DNA from: Raja brachyura
Lineage: Eukaryota
Assembly (NCBI GenBank): GCA_963514005.1
Contig: OY740787.1
Span: 70,928,001 to 70,992,000, forward strand
DNA: 64,000 nt
Direction of reading: 5' to 3'
Of the stretch, positions 27,200 through 39,783 are shown piece after piece (within the stretch, counting starts at the first letter, position 1; every line of letters begins with the position of its first letter). The position numbers and the translations under genes were made by a program. A model generated the notes under the pieces. That model had not been told where the DNA came from, ran no database searches, and saw nothing but the letters and a program-made list of their open reading frames with translations.

Positions 27200-27502
27200 C
27201 CACAGGCGTCCTGGCAGTTTCAAATTCAGTTGGTTTACTCGGTTTGCTGGATCCTGCTCTGTTTAGAGCAATGACTCTGAAGGTATACTCTAGTCCTTCA
27301 ATTAGACCCGAACATGGATACTCAGTAGTACGGATAGAAGTGTCATTTCCTTTTACCCAAAGAAGACTATTCCTTTCCTTTCGTTCAATAATGTATCCAG
27401 TGATGGGACTACCACCATCAGATTCTGGCCTATCCCATGCAACAAACATGCAATCCTTGTTCACCTTTGTGACACGTGCATTCCTTGGTTCACTTGGAAC
27501 AT
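27200..27502 (-). CDS. ttn: titin exon (~ex311), Fn3
   Basis: 303 nt, DVPSEPRNAR...ARTPV. Confidence 0.93.
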
Positions 27503-27587
27503 CTGTGGATGAAATAAATATTGATTATGGGCATCTCTGAAGCAAGATTTTGAGATCTTAAGATAAATGTGTTACTTCATAACTTAC

Positions 27588-27887
27588 CAAATTGATATTT
27601 TGCAATCATTTTAGCAGAGGTAAGTGGCTCTGAAACACCAAATCTGTTTTCTGCACGAACACGCAACATGTATTCAGCGCCAGAGATAAGTTTACCAATC
27701 CGACAGTTTGTTTTAGTTACAGAAGCTATGGCTGTAACCCAGTCACCACGGCTTAAATCACATTTTTCAACAACATAGTTTGTTATGTTGCTGCCTCCAT
27801 CTTCGAATGGTATATGCCAATTAAGACTACATGCATCAACATCAATTTCTGAAATGTCAAATGGAGGCTGTGGAGGTCCAGGAATAT
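27588..27887 (-). CDS. ttn: titin exon (~ex310), Fn3
   Basis: 300 nt, DIPGPPQPPF...AKYQF. Confidence 0.93.
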
Positions 27888-28012
27888 CTGCAAAAAAATC
27901 CATCCCAAAAGATTAATTACATTGCTTTTATATAAAAAGATTAATAGAAAATGATTTGCTTAACTCATTCAAATTCAATGCATTACGCATTTATATGAGG
28001 AAATTTACAAAC

Positions 28013-28288
28013 CCATTATCACTACTCGGATTTTCTGGGTGGCAATGCCACAGCTATTTTCTGCAGAAAGACTGTAATAACCGCTATCTTTCCGGCTAAC
28101 ATCTTTGATGATGATTACAGATGTGTTCTTTGTCTTATGCACAACTAGCCGGCTGGATGGAATCACGCATTCCTCATTTTTCATCCACTTGCAAATTGGT
28201 GCAGGCTTGCCAGTGACATGAGCCTCTATTCTGAGCTTCTGTCCAGCTTTGATAGTTATGAACTCTGGCATGATAATCTTCGGTGCCA
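28013..28288 (-). CDS. ttn: titin exon (~ex309), Ig
   Basis: 276 nt, MAPKIIMPEF...RVVIM; donor G|gtttgt. Confidence 0.9.
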
Positions 28289-29154
28289 CTATTAGAAAAG
28301 ATGGCATTAATGTTATCTTAATGCAGGAAAGTAAATATCTGTTACAATTTTCTTAGCACATGCTGCACAGTTTTAAAATATGCAAATAAAAACTTGATTC
28401 AATGTATGTTGCTGGTGAGATTTTGCTGAGTGTAAAATGGCACAAGTTGGTCTACACTACTGCTCATTATACATGAAGAACCTTCAATAGTTTCTAAGAG
28501 CTATTACATTACACATAAAACACAAATCTTTTGACATTTGAAAATGTCATAATAGAATCCCAGGGGTTGAATGTCAATGACCATCTTCTCATTTCATGTA
28601 TGATTGAAGGTAAAACAGAAGTAAAATATCTGTTGAGAACCTTTTTCATTGGCAGTCTGAATGCACTTGCACATGGGAATAAATAGAAGTTAAACACCCT
28701 GCTTAAAGCAGAGAGTGGACTGCTTATTCGTGCAATTAATTGTTGGAGGTCACAATTACAAATTTCAGAAAATAACTGATTAAGCACCCGCTAGCTAGTG
28801 AGAATCAGAGATCCTTAAAAGGCACAGCAGTGTTTTCTCTCAAAAGAAGACACCAGAAACGTTAGAAGACCTTTTCCAAACCTCATTGCATTAACTTGTC
28901 CTTCTGGAATCTGATCTCCTTAAAAGGCTTTAATAACAAGGAAGCCAAAATTTGCAGCAGTTGATAAATCATTGTGAGAAAGTAGCAGCAAAGGTACACA
29001 TAATTGGGTAACAACACAAAGGAGGCATTAACCGCAAGGTGGCATGTGTTTCATAATTGCAATTTGATTCAACCTCATTCATGATTTTATGTTTTCAAAT
29101 GTTTCTTTCAATATTGATATCTTATTCACAAATAAATATTTTCTGTTTACTTAC

Positions 29155-29457
29155 TCAGTTGTTCTTTAATTTCAAAAATTCCTTCAGTTTCCCTGGGTAA
29201 GCTGGTGCCTACAACATTTCTAGCGGCAACTCTGAATTTGTATTTAATTCCCTCCTTTAGGCCTGTTACAATAATATTCAGATCCTTGATTATGGAGTAT
29301 TGTGTCCATTGTTTCTCAGGTTCACCTTCTTTCTGATATTCAACGATATAACCATCAATCTTAGCACCTCCATCCCTCATAGGTGGTAACCATGCCAGTG
29401 AAGCACTATTCTTTGTTATATCAACGACATCCAATTGTTTCGGTGGATCTGGTTCAC
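29155..29457 (-). CDS. ttn: titin exon (~ex308), Fn3
   Basis: 303 nt, SEPDPPKQL...IKEQL. Confidence 0.93.
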
Positions 29458-29590
29458 CTAAAAATCAAATTCAAAATAAGTTATTTTGAGACCAGATGAT
29501 AAAATAATCTACAAAAAATCATGATTAAAATATTTGGCAAACCCCATTGGCATTTTTCTTAATGGGAAAGTACAATCTTATTATACTTAC

Positions 29591-29890
29591 TGACTGGGTC
29601 TCGTGCTATAATTGATTTAGGAATGTCTTTTGGAACCCCAGCACCATATTGGTTGACAGCAGTTACTCTGAAATAGTATTCAGTGCCGGGTGCTAGACCC
29701 ATCACTTTGAAACTGGTTTTCTTCAAATCTTGGATCACTCTGCCCCAGGATTTCCTGTCTGCTTCACGCTTTTCCAAAATATAGTGAGTTACTGGACTAC
29801 CACCATCATTGTCAGGCGGTGACCATGACAACTGGCATCCTGTTTTTGTAATATCGGAGGCATCGAAGTCAGAGACAGGCCCAGGCGTAT
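29591..29890 (-). CDS. ttn: titin exon (~ex307), Fn3
   Basis: 300 nt, DTPGPVSDF...ARDPV. Confidence 0.93.
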
Positions 29891-30369
29891 CTGGAAGTGA
29901 TTTAAAAAAAATATCGATATAAGCTAAAAACAAAATAATAGTACACAGGACACCATTAAGCTGATCAAGTCTATGCTGTCAAGTCGGAGCAATTCACTGC
30001 CCAACTCGTCTCCAATTTTGCTAAAATATTTTTCTGCTTCATCTAATTCTCCTTTGAAACCCGCTACTGAATCTATTTCCACTATCAAGCAGCACATTCC
30101 AAATCCTCATCATTTCAATAACAAAAATAGTTTTTCTCTTGTTCCTTTTTCTAGTTAATCACATTTAGTCTGTGGTTTCAAATATTTATCTGTTGTCAAT
30201 TGTTTTTCTTTATTTACTCTACATGAATGTTTCCGGAAGTTAAGCTATCTCAATCTCTCTTAGTTGAACCATTAGAACATAACTGAAATATGGAATATTT
30301 ACAAAATGTACTGCAATAACATATCTGACAGAACCTTTGAAACGTGTGACTTCCATCACCACATGTGTT

Positions 30370-30560
30370 GGCATGCAGGAACATTGCCACCTGTATGTTC
30401 CTCTCCAAGTCATACATCTTCATCATTACTTGGTCTAAATCCAATCCTTGAGAATTGCAGCAGTTCAAGAAGGTAGCTCATTCACACCCTTTCAAGGCCA
30501 CATAGGGATGGGTATTATGTACTAGCCTCGCCAGCAATATTCACATCCCAATGAACATTG
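30370..30560 (+). mobile_element. degenerate non-LTR retroelement 3' tail (family uncertain)
   Basis: gcagcagttcaagaaggtagctca..agggatgggt..gccagcaatattcacatcccaatgaa resembles a LINE 3' end I recognise from cartilaginous fish genomes. Confidence 0.45.
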
Positions 30561-30619
30561 CAAAAAATCTAGTCAAGCTATATAAATTTCAGTAATTGGT
30601 TTCCGTATATTTCCAAAAC

Positions 30620-31105
30620 CACCATACAGGAAAGATACCATTGTGCTGGAAAGAGCGTGGACACCATTTTACAAGATCGTTTAACATTTTCGTTAAGACT
30701 CAAGAGCCTGACTGATAGGGAGAGGTTGGACGAGCTAGGACTTTATACCTTGGAATGCAGGAAGTTGAGTGGTGATCTTATAGAGGTGGATAAAATCATG
30801 AGGAAAATATATAGGGTGAATGCAGAGTCTTTTTCCCAGGTCAGGGAATCAAGAACTTGAGGCTTAAGTTGTAAGAGAAAATATTAAACTTTTTCACACG
30901 GAGTGTGATGGATGTATGGAATGAGCTGTCAGAAAAAGTAGTTGAAGCAAGTACAATAACAACATTTAAAATACATTTGGACAGCTACATGGATAGGAAA
31001 GCTTTAGAGGGATATAGACCAAATGCAAGGAAATGAAACTAGTTTAGATGGGGCATCTTGGTTGGCATGGATGAGTTAGACCAAAGGGCCTGTTTCTGTG
31101 CTACA
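30620..31105 (+). mobile_element. CR1 LINE 3' fragment
   Basis: ORF 30657..30860 ERLDELGLYTLECRKLSGDLIEVDKIM; tail ..aagggcctgtttctgtgcta. Confidence 0.88.
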
Positions 31106-32116
31106 TGGCGCAGTAGGTGTGGTGTCTAGAATTGAATGTATTATTTGAGTTTAGGCTAAATTAGTGCTTTTCCAGGACCTGCATAACTTCTTGCCTTTTG
31201 TGTGTTGCTCCGGGGCCAAATTAAAATTTACCCAGAAATTAGGTGCATATATTAATGTGTACCAGAAGCAACTAAAATTACGTGCCAAATATTGATTTGA
31301 TTATTACTCCACTGTATCAAACTACAGTTGACCCTAAGGCTAAGGCTAAAGGACTTATCTCCGGAGCCTGAGCTAGGAAGATGGTTTCTCATTAGCTCAA
31401 AGCAATACAAGGGAAATAATAGATCAGGTGAATAATCGATGAGGATTGGTTAGGGTGTGTAACAGCACTTTTTGAAAAAATGCAGTTCCATAACACTGAC
31501 AAAAAATTGTTATGCAATTTAATTTCCGGGCTTGTGTTTTATTGGATCAGACTGTCTTCAGCTCCCAACTTCAGAGAAAACATTCAATGAGCAATGTTAA
31601 GGCACCGATGAGTGATTTTTTCATTGTAGCGCTTCAGCATGAAAGGAACTGGAGGTCACGCCACTGCATCTTACTCTCAGAACTGAGTCTAGAAGCAGAA
31701 CCCAGGAGCAGTTAAATCAACTAGCCTGCCATTTTCAGGGTTATCCTACAATGGTGAAACATTTACAGTATTCCAGTTCTGTGGTATCTCCCATCCTTAG
31801 GAGAATAGAAAAAAATTGGCATCTCTACAGTATCTACATTTACTTTCCATAGTAATCAGGGATGCATCTTATTTAGATTGGGTTAATAACTATAATTTTC
31901 TATCTCTCTAGTGCCTTCTGTTTATCCTTTTCAAAATGTCATTCAATATCCTGACGATGCCTTTGTCAAAGTCCTTTCATTTGGTAACTACCAATGCCAA
32001 TAATTAATTAGTCCCTCAGCCAATATTTTTTTTCTTTCGTTTAATCCTCTGATACTTATTGTTAATGTGCCCAAAAGCAATTTTTAATTCCCTTTTATCT
32101 TAGCTGTCAATCTATT

Positions 32117-32251
32117 CTTGAGTCTGAAGAAGGGTCCCGACCCAAAACAACACTTGTCCATTTCCTTTAGAGATGCTGCCTGACCCACTGAGTTACTCCA
32201 GCATTTTGTGTCATTCTTTGGTATAAAGAATCTACTGTTTCTTTTCACTAT
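32117..32251 (+). mobile_element. Penelope-like element terminal fragment with a degenerate minimal hammerhead motif
   Basis: ctgaagaagggtcccgacccaaaac..agatgctgcctgacccactgagttactccagcattttgtgtc is homologous to 61811-61900; flanked by the 8-bp direct repeat aatctatt (32109-32116, 32252-32259). Confidence 0.75.
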
Positions 32252-32787
32252 AATCTATTGTTATACTTTCTTTTCACCCCTCTTATTTCTTGCTATACAA
32301 CCCCTGTATATTATTTTTAAAGCCTGATATAAAACTGACCCATTTTTCTACTTCATCATACTAAATACATTAACCAGTAAGCTCAGCATTGGTTCTTTTT
32401 GTAATTTCCTTTATGATAATCTACCCATGCTGCTATTAAATAATCTCCATTAATGTGGTATCATTATATTTTGGCTTGTCAACATGAAACTCCAATTTGC
32501 CTGGGCATTTTCTCCTCAGTTTTCTGGAGCATCTCATGTCAGGTTGCTCCTTGCCCATGTCTACTACAACTTGAATCTTATACTACAATGACCAATATTT
32601 GACATAACCACTCAATATAGTATTCTCCATTTGACCCATTTCATTACCCAAGATTAGATCCAGCAAAGTATCTGTCCTCTTGGGACAAGAAATATAGTAA
32701 TCAAATAATTTATTCTTAACATATCAATAAATCTACCCCATGATCAAATTGAATCTGGAAAATAGAACACAAAAAAAATGTACTCAC

Positions 32788-33072
32788 CCAGAACTTTAAC
32801 ATTCACAAACACAGCCTTTTCACCTGCTGCATTTACAAGTATCAATGAATATTTTCCAGAATCATCACGAGTACTATCAGGAATGACAAGGAAAGTCATT
32901 GTGTCCAGCAGGTCTACTTGACCCTTTCTAACAACGTTGTCGATTCCAATTCTTCTCCAGGTAACCTTAGGTGCTGGTCGGCCTCTGATGGTGGCAAACA
33001 ATCTGATAGGACATCCTGCTCTGACAGTTAAAACCTTTCTCAGGCTTGCATCCAAATCAATTTCTGGAGGTT
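32788..33072 (-). CDS. ttn: titin exon (~ex306), Ig starting C-zone repeat 1
   Basis: 285 nt, EPPEIDLDASLRKVLTVRAG...VKVL. Confidence 0.93.
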
Positions 33073-33205
33073 CTGAAAAAGATCGATTTTGTGAAAGAAA
33101 TTACTTCCTTGGTGAAAGAAATGGTATCACATTAAACATATCTCCATATGTACATACAAATATATGTACATTGCAATGGTAAAAAAAGGCCAAAAGTACG
33201 CATAC

Positions 33206-33526
33206 CTAAAATCTCCTTTGGAAATACTGCTTCTTTAAGTTCAGCAGGGCGACCAATTCCGACTTGATTCTGTGCAGAGACCTTAAATTCGTATTCTTGT
33301 TTCTCATTAAGGCTGCTTGAAGTAAACTGAGTTACAACTAGCTGAGCTGCAACATTACACCTTGTCCATCCTTCTTCAGGAGACTTACCAACACCCTTTG
33401 GTCTCATTTCAACAACATACCCAGTGACAAGAGAACCACCATCATATATAGGCTTTGTCCAGCCAAGAGTAATGGAGGTCTTTGTACTGTCGGTTACCTT
33501 AAGGTCACTTGGAGGACCAGGTGGTT
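33206..33526 (-). CDS. ttn: titin exon (~ex305), Fn3, last D-zone domain
   Basis: 321 nt, EPPGPPSDLK...PKEIL. Confidence 0.93.
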
Positions 33527-33629
33527 CTGTGTACAGAACAAACAGAAAATAATTTGAGAATGTCAAGTGTTTTATGAGAAAAAACAAATTGTGCTCAGAA
33601 TATTAAATTAGTGATAAAAATATATATAC

Positions 33630-36596
33630 CCATAGGATCCTTTGCTAATATTGGTCTTGAAGGTGGGCCTGGTTCTCCTAATCCAACTTCATTTTCAGCT
33701 TTGACACGGAACTGGTATTCATGTTCAGGAACCAGATTTGTAACTTTCATTCGCCTTTCTGGGATTGGAGACTTGGTGACAGCCACCCATCTAACAGATC
33801 TTTTTTCTTTCTTCTCCAATATGTATCCTGTAATTGATTTTCCACCATCATCTTCTGGTGGATTCCAATGGACAGTCATTTCATCCTTGCTGACTTTAGT
33901 GATCTCTGGTGCATCTGGTGGACCAGGTCTACTAAACTGTGTCTTGGCTACAATTGCCTTAGTTTCTGCTGGTGGACCTGTACCTATTTTGTTTTCTGCA
34001 CGTACTCTGAAGAGGTATTCATTTCCTTCAATCAGACGAGTGACATTTGCATAATCATTAATAATGGAAGTTGAAAATATAGACCAAACCATTCTTTTGC
34101 TTTCACATTTTTCTATAACATAGTTTTGAATTTCACAACCACCATCATCTTCTGGGGGGTCCCAGCTGACTTTACACCTGTCACTTGCAATGCCAGATAC
34201 TTTCAGATTTCTGACTTCACTCGGTACATCCAAAACATTCACAGTAGCATACGCTGTAAAGGAACCAGCTGGATTGGTTGCAGTGATTGTATATTTTCCA
34301 CTGTTCTCTCGCTTAGATTTAATTACGGTTAGTTTGCATGCATCAGCAGTCGTTTCGATCTTAACGCGAGGTGATCGGCTAAGATCAATTGCATCTTTGT
34401 CTTTTACCCAAACAACTTCTGGTTGAGGTTTGCCTCTCAGAGCAGCCTCAATTCTGAAAGTTTCACCTGCTTTCACAATTAATATTCCAGTTAGTTTTAG
34501 TTCTAAGACTGGTTTTTGCATTTCTAGTTTGACAATAATATAATCAGTCTTCACCCAATTGCTTTCACCGCCTTCGTTCTTGGCTTGAACTCTAAACTGG
34601 TAAGTCTGGTTCTCAATACATTTGTCAACCATGAAATGTGTCTCTTTAATACTTCCTTTGTGCATTCTTTCCCATTCATTTGAGTCCTTTAACATCCTTT
34701 CAATATGATAGAACAGGTTAGGACTACCACCATCATAATCGGGTTTCCTCCATTTAAGTAGGACAAACGTTTTTCCTACATCAGCAACATGAAAGTTTTC
34801 TGGTTCCCCAGGTTTTTCAATGGGATCAATGGCTAAGATTGGCGTTTTAGTTTCAATTGTTGGTCCTAATCCAACTTTGTTTTCTGCACATATGCGGAAG
34901 AAGTACTCATGATTTGATGTAAGTTGAACCTTGACTATGCGTTTCGTCAAATCAGATGAGATCAACGACCATCCTCTCTGGCTGGGTTGACGGGATTCTG
35001 CTATGTAGTTAGTAATTTCTGAGCCTCCATTATCATCTGGATTATCCCAGGAAAGCATACAGGAATCTTTGGTGACATAGCTTGTCCTGATATTCTTACA
35101 AGGGCCTGGTCTGTCAAGGACATTGACAGTAACAGCAGCTTGCACTTGTCCACTATTATTTTTAGCAACAATATGGTATTTACCATGATCTTCTCTGGTT
35201 GCCTCTTTAATAAAGAGCTGTATAACAGGATAGTCATTATGAATCTCTACACGTTTGCCTGCAACAAATACCTTGCCTTCTTTTGACCATGTAATTTCTG
35301 GATCTGGTCGGCCTTTGACACGTCCTTTTAGCGCAATAGTTTGTCCAACACGAAATGTGATTAGATCACGACAAACAATATCAAGTTCCAGCTCCGGTGG
35401 ATGAAGAATATCTTTTGCAATAACAGATTCTGGCAGCTCTCTTGGTTCACCTTCACCAATAACATTGGTGGCCTTTATACGGAATCTGTATTCATTTCCT
35501 TCAATGAGGCCGGGTACTCTATAAGCACACTGTGCGATCAGATCGTCTTTGTTAATTCTATTCCATTTTGTCGTGTCTGATTTCTGACATTCTACAATGT
35601 ATCCTAAGATTGGGCTTCCTCCATCATTTGTGGGCTTTGTCCAGACTAAGTCAACAGTTTCTCTTGATTTGTCTTTCAGTTTAGGATTGATTGGTGGTCC
35701 GGGTGGCCTTATTGGACGAATTGCCGAGACTGAATCAGAGATCGGTGACGGTTTGCTTAGACCAGCAATATTTTCTGCAAATATTCTGAATTCATATGAA
35801 TTACCTTCATAAAGTCCGACAGTTCTCAATTTTATATCTAGAATTGGAGTCTTATTCACTCGGATCCATTTACCAGTTTTTTCTCTGCGCTCCATTATGT
35901 AACCAATAATTGGACTTCCACCATCATACTTTGGTATACCCCAAGAAACTGTTACTGCATTTTCTGTGATATCATAAATAGCTGGCTTAGTAGGTGGTCC
36001 TGGAACATCAAACATGTACTTAGCTACGGTTGGTTTAGACTCTAATGGTTCACCAATACCAATTCTGTTTTCTGCTCGAACACGCACAATATATTCACAG
36101 CCTTTTTGGAGACGTGGAATTTTAGCTTGGGTACTTGTACCTCCAGAGCTAACAATACCCCAGGTTTCCTTCTTAGTTTCTCGTTTCTCAACAATATAAT
36201 TCATAACAGGACTTCCACCATCATCCTTAGGTGGACGCCAAGAAATGATCATGTGCTGCGGTGTTACTTCAAGAATATTGGTTGGACCAACTGGAGGGCC
36301 TGGAATATCCAGGACCATCAAGTGTAGAGCCACTGACTTACTACCAGCTGGATTGGACACAGTAAGTACATATTCACCACTATGTTTTCTGGTGCAATCC
36401 TTAATTGTTAGGACGGTAGTGCGGTTGTCAGTATCAATCTTGTAATTGCCTTCAGATTTAAGTTCAGTACCATCAGTGACCCACTTCACTGATGGAGTAG
36501 GAATGCCTCTCATTAAAGCTGGAAGTCTGACTGTGCTACCAGCCTTCACAACAAGACCTTCAATCAAACTTACATCAACATCCACCGAGGGTGACA
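33630..36596 (-). CDS. ttn: titin large exon (~ex304), 10 domains: Ig-Fn3x3-Ig-Fn3x2-Ig-Fn3x2
   Basis: 2,967 nt; ORF 33595..36597; acceptor acag|TG TCA CCC, donor ATG G|gtatat. Confidence 0.96.
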
Positions 36597-36700
36597 CTGT
36601 AATACAAAAGCATAAGTGAATCAGTATATGTGATGGGAGTGCCGATGAAATAAAGAATCAAAGCAATGGAAAGAACAAAGTAAGTAAGCAACCAACCAAC

Positions 36701-36994
36701 CTAATTTCTCTTGGCACAGTACAGGCACAGTTGTATCTGGACGACTAAGCCCGGCAGCATTTTGAGCTTTAACACGGAACCTGTATGTCTTTCCCTGTTC
36801 TAAACCAGTTACAACACATTCAGGTATAGTAACAGTTTTGAATACATTCCAATCTTTTGCTCCTTCTTCCTGGTATTCAACTAAAAATCCTGTGATTTCC
36901 GAACCCCCATCACGATCTGGGTAATTCCAAATAAGTCCAACCTCAGTCTTGTCCACATCAACATGGTGTAAGTTCTTAGGTGGGCCAGGAGGAG
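36701..36994 (-). CDS. ttn: titin exon (~ex303), Fn3
   Basis: 294 nt, SPPGPPKNLHH...CQEKL; donor gttggt. Confidence 0.9.
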
Positions 36995-37084
36995 CTATAA
37001 ATATAACAGGACCAGATTAGTTAAACCCTGTGGATATAATTTTTATGCGCTTTCATACGAAAGTCTCAGCAAATGACAACTTAC

Positions 37085-37384
37085 ATGTTGGATCAATCGC
37101 CTTTATCGGCTTTGTTGATTCAATAAAACTGCTTCTACCATACTGATTTTCAGCAGCCACACGGAACAAATACTGGGTGCCTTCCATTAGGTATTTAGCC
37201 ATAATGCTGTGCTTTTTGGTTGTAGATGATATAGGGATCCATTGAGGTGATGACACGTCTCGTTTTTCAATTATATAGTTAGAGATAACAGCACCACCAT
37301 TGTCTTCTGGTTCTTTCCATGTCAGATAGCAGGAATCACTTCTAACTTCACTAATATTTAAGTTACGTGGTGGACCAGGTTTAT
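37085..37384 (-). CDS. ttn: titin exon (~ex302), Fn3
   Basis: 300 nt, DKPGPPRNL...AIDPT. Confidence 0.93.
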
Positions 37385-37479
37385 CTGAAAATGATGAACA
37401 GTTTCGTATTATTTTAAATACTGGACAAAACAAGTTGATTAAAATTGTTCCAATAAGTCTCACGTTCCATTCATTTTAC

Positions 37480-37761
37480 CTAATATGGTAACAATGCAAG
37501 CAGCACTCTTGCTTCCAGCTTCATTTTCAACAGTTATCGAATAACATCCACTGTCATCTCTGATGGTATTAAGAATTTCAAGCTTGCTGCTGACTGCGGT
37601 ACGTTCAATATCAGCTTTAAGTGGTACTTCCTTATCGTTCTTTTTCCATGCAACCTTTGGAATCGGCATTCCTTTGATGGTTGCACTGAGGGTTAAAATG
37701 GTCCCTGCTTTTAAGTTTACAGCTCGAGTCATGTTGGCATCTACAAATAATTCAGCAGCCT
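37480..37761 (-). CDS. ttn: titin exon (~ex301), Ig
   Basis: 282 nt, EAAELFVDANM...VTIL. Confidence 0.93.
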
Positions 37762-37872
37762 CTGTAAAGGAAATAAGAAAGTTTTACGTGTACACAGTAA
37801 TAGCACATTAGGATTAATAGCAAAACTTTTCAATGTGGAATGACTCACATGGCAATCATATAAATCACTTAC

Positions 37873-38181
37873 CAAGTCTGTCTTTTGCTTGAACAGGATC
37901 GTGAACATAAGCTGGATCTGATTCACCAGCTTGATTGACTGCTAGAATCCGGAATTTGTACATATCACCTTCAGTAACACCTGACACCTTAAAATTTGTG
38001 TCAGGACAGGAATCTGGCGTTTGATTGGCTTTCTTCCACTCTTCATCACCAACTTTCTGGTATTCCACTAAATATCCCAGTATTTTGCCTCCACCATTAT
38101 GGCGAGGAGGTTGCCAAGATAAATCGATGGTAGATTTAGTTTTGTCTACTGCTTGAGGAGTAATAGGTGGGCTTGGCTTAA
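37873..38181 (-). CDS. ttn: titin exon (~ex300), Fn3
   Basis: 309 nt, VKPSPPITP...AKDRL. Confidence 0.93.
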
Positions 38182-38278
38182 CTGAATGAAGAGTAAAAGA
38201 GTGGTCATAATAAGTCTTGCAAATACATCACGTGATTATTTTAAAGAAAAGAAAGACATGGCGATAAATTGTATGTAC

Positions 38279-38581
38279 CTATTGGATCTTTTGCAAAGAA
38301 GGGTTTAGATGGTGGGCTCGGATCACCAACTCCGATTTCATTTTCTGCAGACACACGGAATTCGTATTCACAGCCTTCAAGGAGATCAGTCACAGTGAAC
38401 TGAGTATCTGGGTAAATTGGCTCTTTGGATACTTTCAACCAGCGGTGGGACATAGTTTCCTTCTTTTCTACAATGTATTTAATGATAGGCTTGCCACCAT
38501 CCCGTGGTCTATTCCAAACCACAAGAGCAGAATCTTTCTTAATATTTTTTACAACTGGTTGTTCTGGTGCTTCTGGAACCC
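38279..38581 (-). CDS. ttn: titin exon (~ex299), Fn3
   Basis: 303 nt, RVPEAPEQP...AKDPI. Confidence 0.93.
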
Positions 38582-38759
38582 CTGCAGAGGAAAAAAAAAT
38601 TAAAATAATCAGGATTCCTTACTGCTACACACATTAATAATAGAGGGGACAAGACACACTTGTTATTATCACACGTAAATAACATTTTATTTTAATAGAA
38701 ATTGCCATAATCCAGGTAACAAAAGTTAAAAACACACCAGACTTTTAATTCGTTTTTCT

Positions 38760-39725
38760 TAGAACATAGAACAGTACAGCACAGCAAAAGACACTTCAGC
38801 TCACAATGTCTGGGCCAAACGATGTCAAGTTAAAATGATCCCCTCTGCCCACATGTGATCCATAACCCTCCATATCCATGTGCCCATTTAAAAGCCTCTT
38901 AAATCCTAATATTGCATTCCACCATCAACCCTGGCAGTGCATTCCAGACATCCACCACTCTGTGAAAAAAAATCGGGCGGCATTCTGATAAACCTCCTCT
39001 GCATCCTTTCCAAAGCCTCCACATCCTTCATATAATGGGAAGACAAGATCTGCACATAGTGCTCCAAATGTAGCCTAATCAAAGTTTTATAAAGCTGTAA
39101 CTCGACTTCTGACTGTTACACTTAATGTCCTCACTGATGAAGGCAAGCATACCTTCTCTATCACTTATGTTGTCACTTTCAGGGGGTTATGGACTTGGGT
39201 ATTGATATTGATATAGGTTTATTATCAACACCTGTACCTGGATACAGTAATTTTCTTTTTGCATGCTATTCAGTCAAATTAAATCATACTAAACATGAGT
39301 ACAATCAAGTCATACACAAGTATAACAGCAAGTGCAAAGAGCAAAATATCAGACTTTGACCCCAAGATCCCTAAGGGACTAGGCATTAACTGTATACTTT
39401 CACCATTACATTCGATCTCCCAAAGTGCAATATCTCATGCTTGCTTGATTTAAACTCCATTTTTGTTTATTTTTCCGTTTATGTAATCGATATATGTCCT
39501 TCTGTATCTTTTGACAACCTTCACCAATTTTAGTGTCATCTGCAAATTTAATAAACAGCCTATCTACATTTATGTCCAATCCTTTATAAACAACAGAGAT
39601 CCCAGCACAGTTCTTTGGGGATCACCAGTGGTTATGGACTTTAAGCCAGAATACCATCCTTTCACTACCACCCTCTATCTTCGATGGGTAAGCTAGCCCA
39701 TGCATTTTAACATTCTGGATCAGTA
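38760..39725 (-). mobile_element. decayed CR1 LINE with a ~150-bp nested insertion (39199-39351)
   Basis: 3' end agaacatagaacagtacagcacag; RT remnant gtgtcatctgcaaattt (KFADDT on the minus strand) and gatcccagcac; the insert sits between gacttgg and gactttg. Confidence 0.8.
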
Positions 39726-39783
39726 TTTGCTTTTTTTTGTCTTCTATTTAATCTATTAGAAAATTATGATGTCTAGTACTTAC

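Noticed and set aside
33595-36597. 1000-aa ORF as a standalone gene
   Set aside because: Its start is an alternative codon straddling a splice acceptor and its stop is intronic; it is one internal titin exon.
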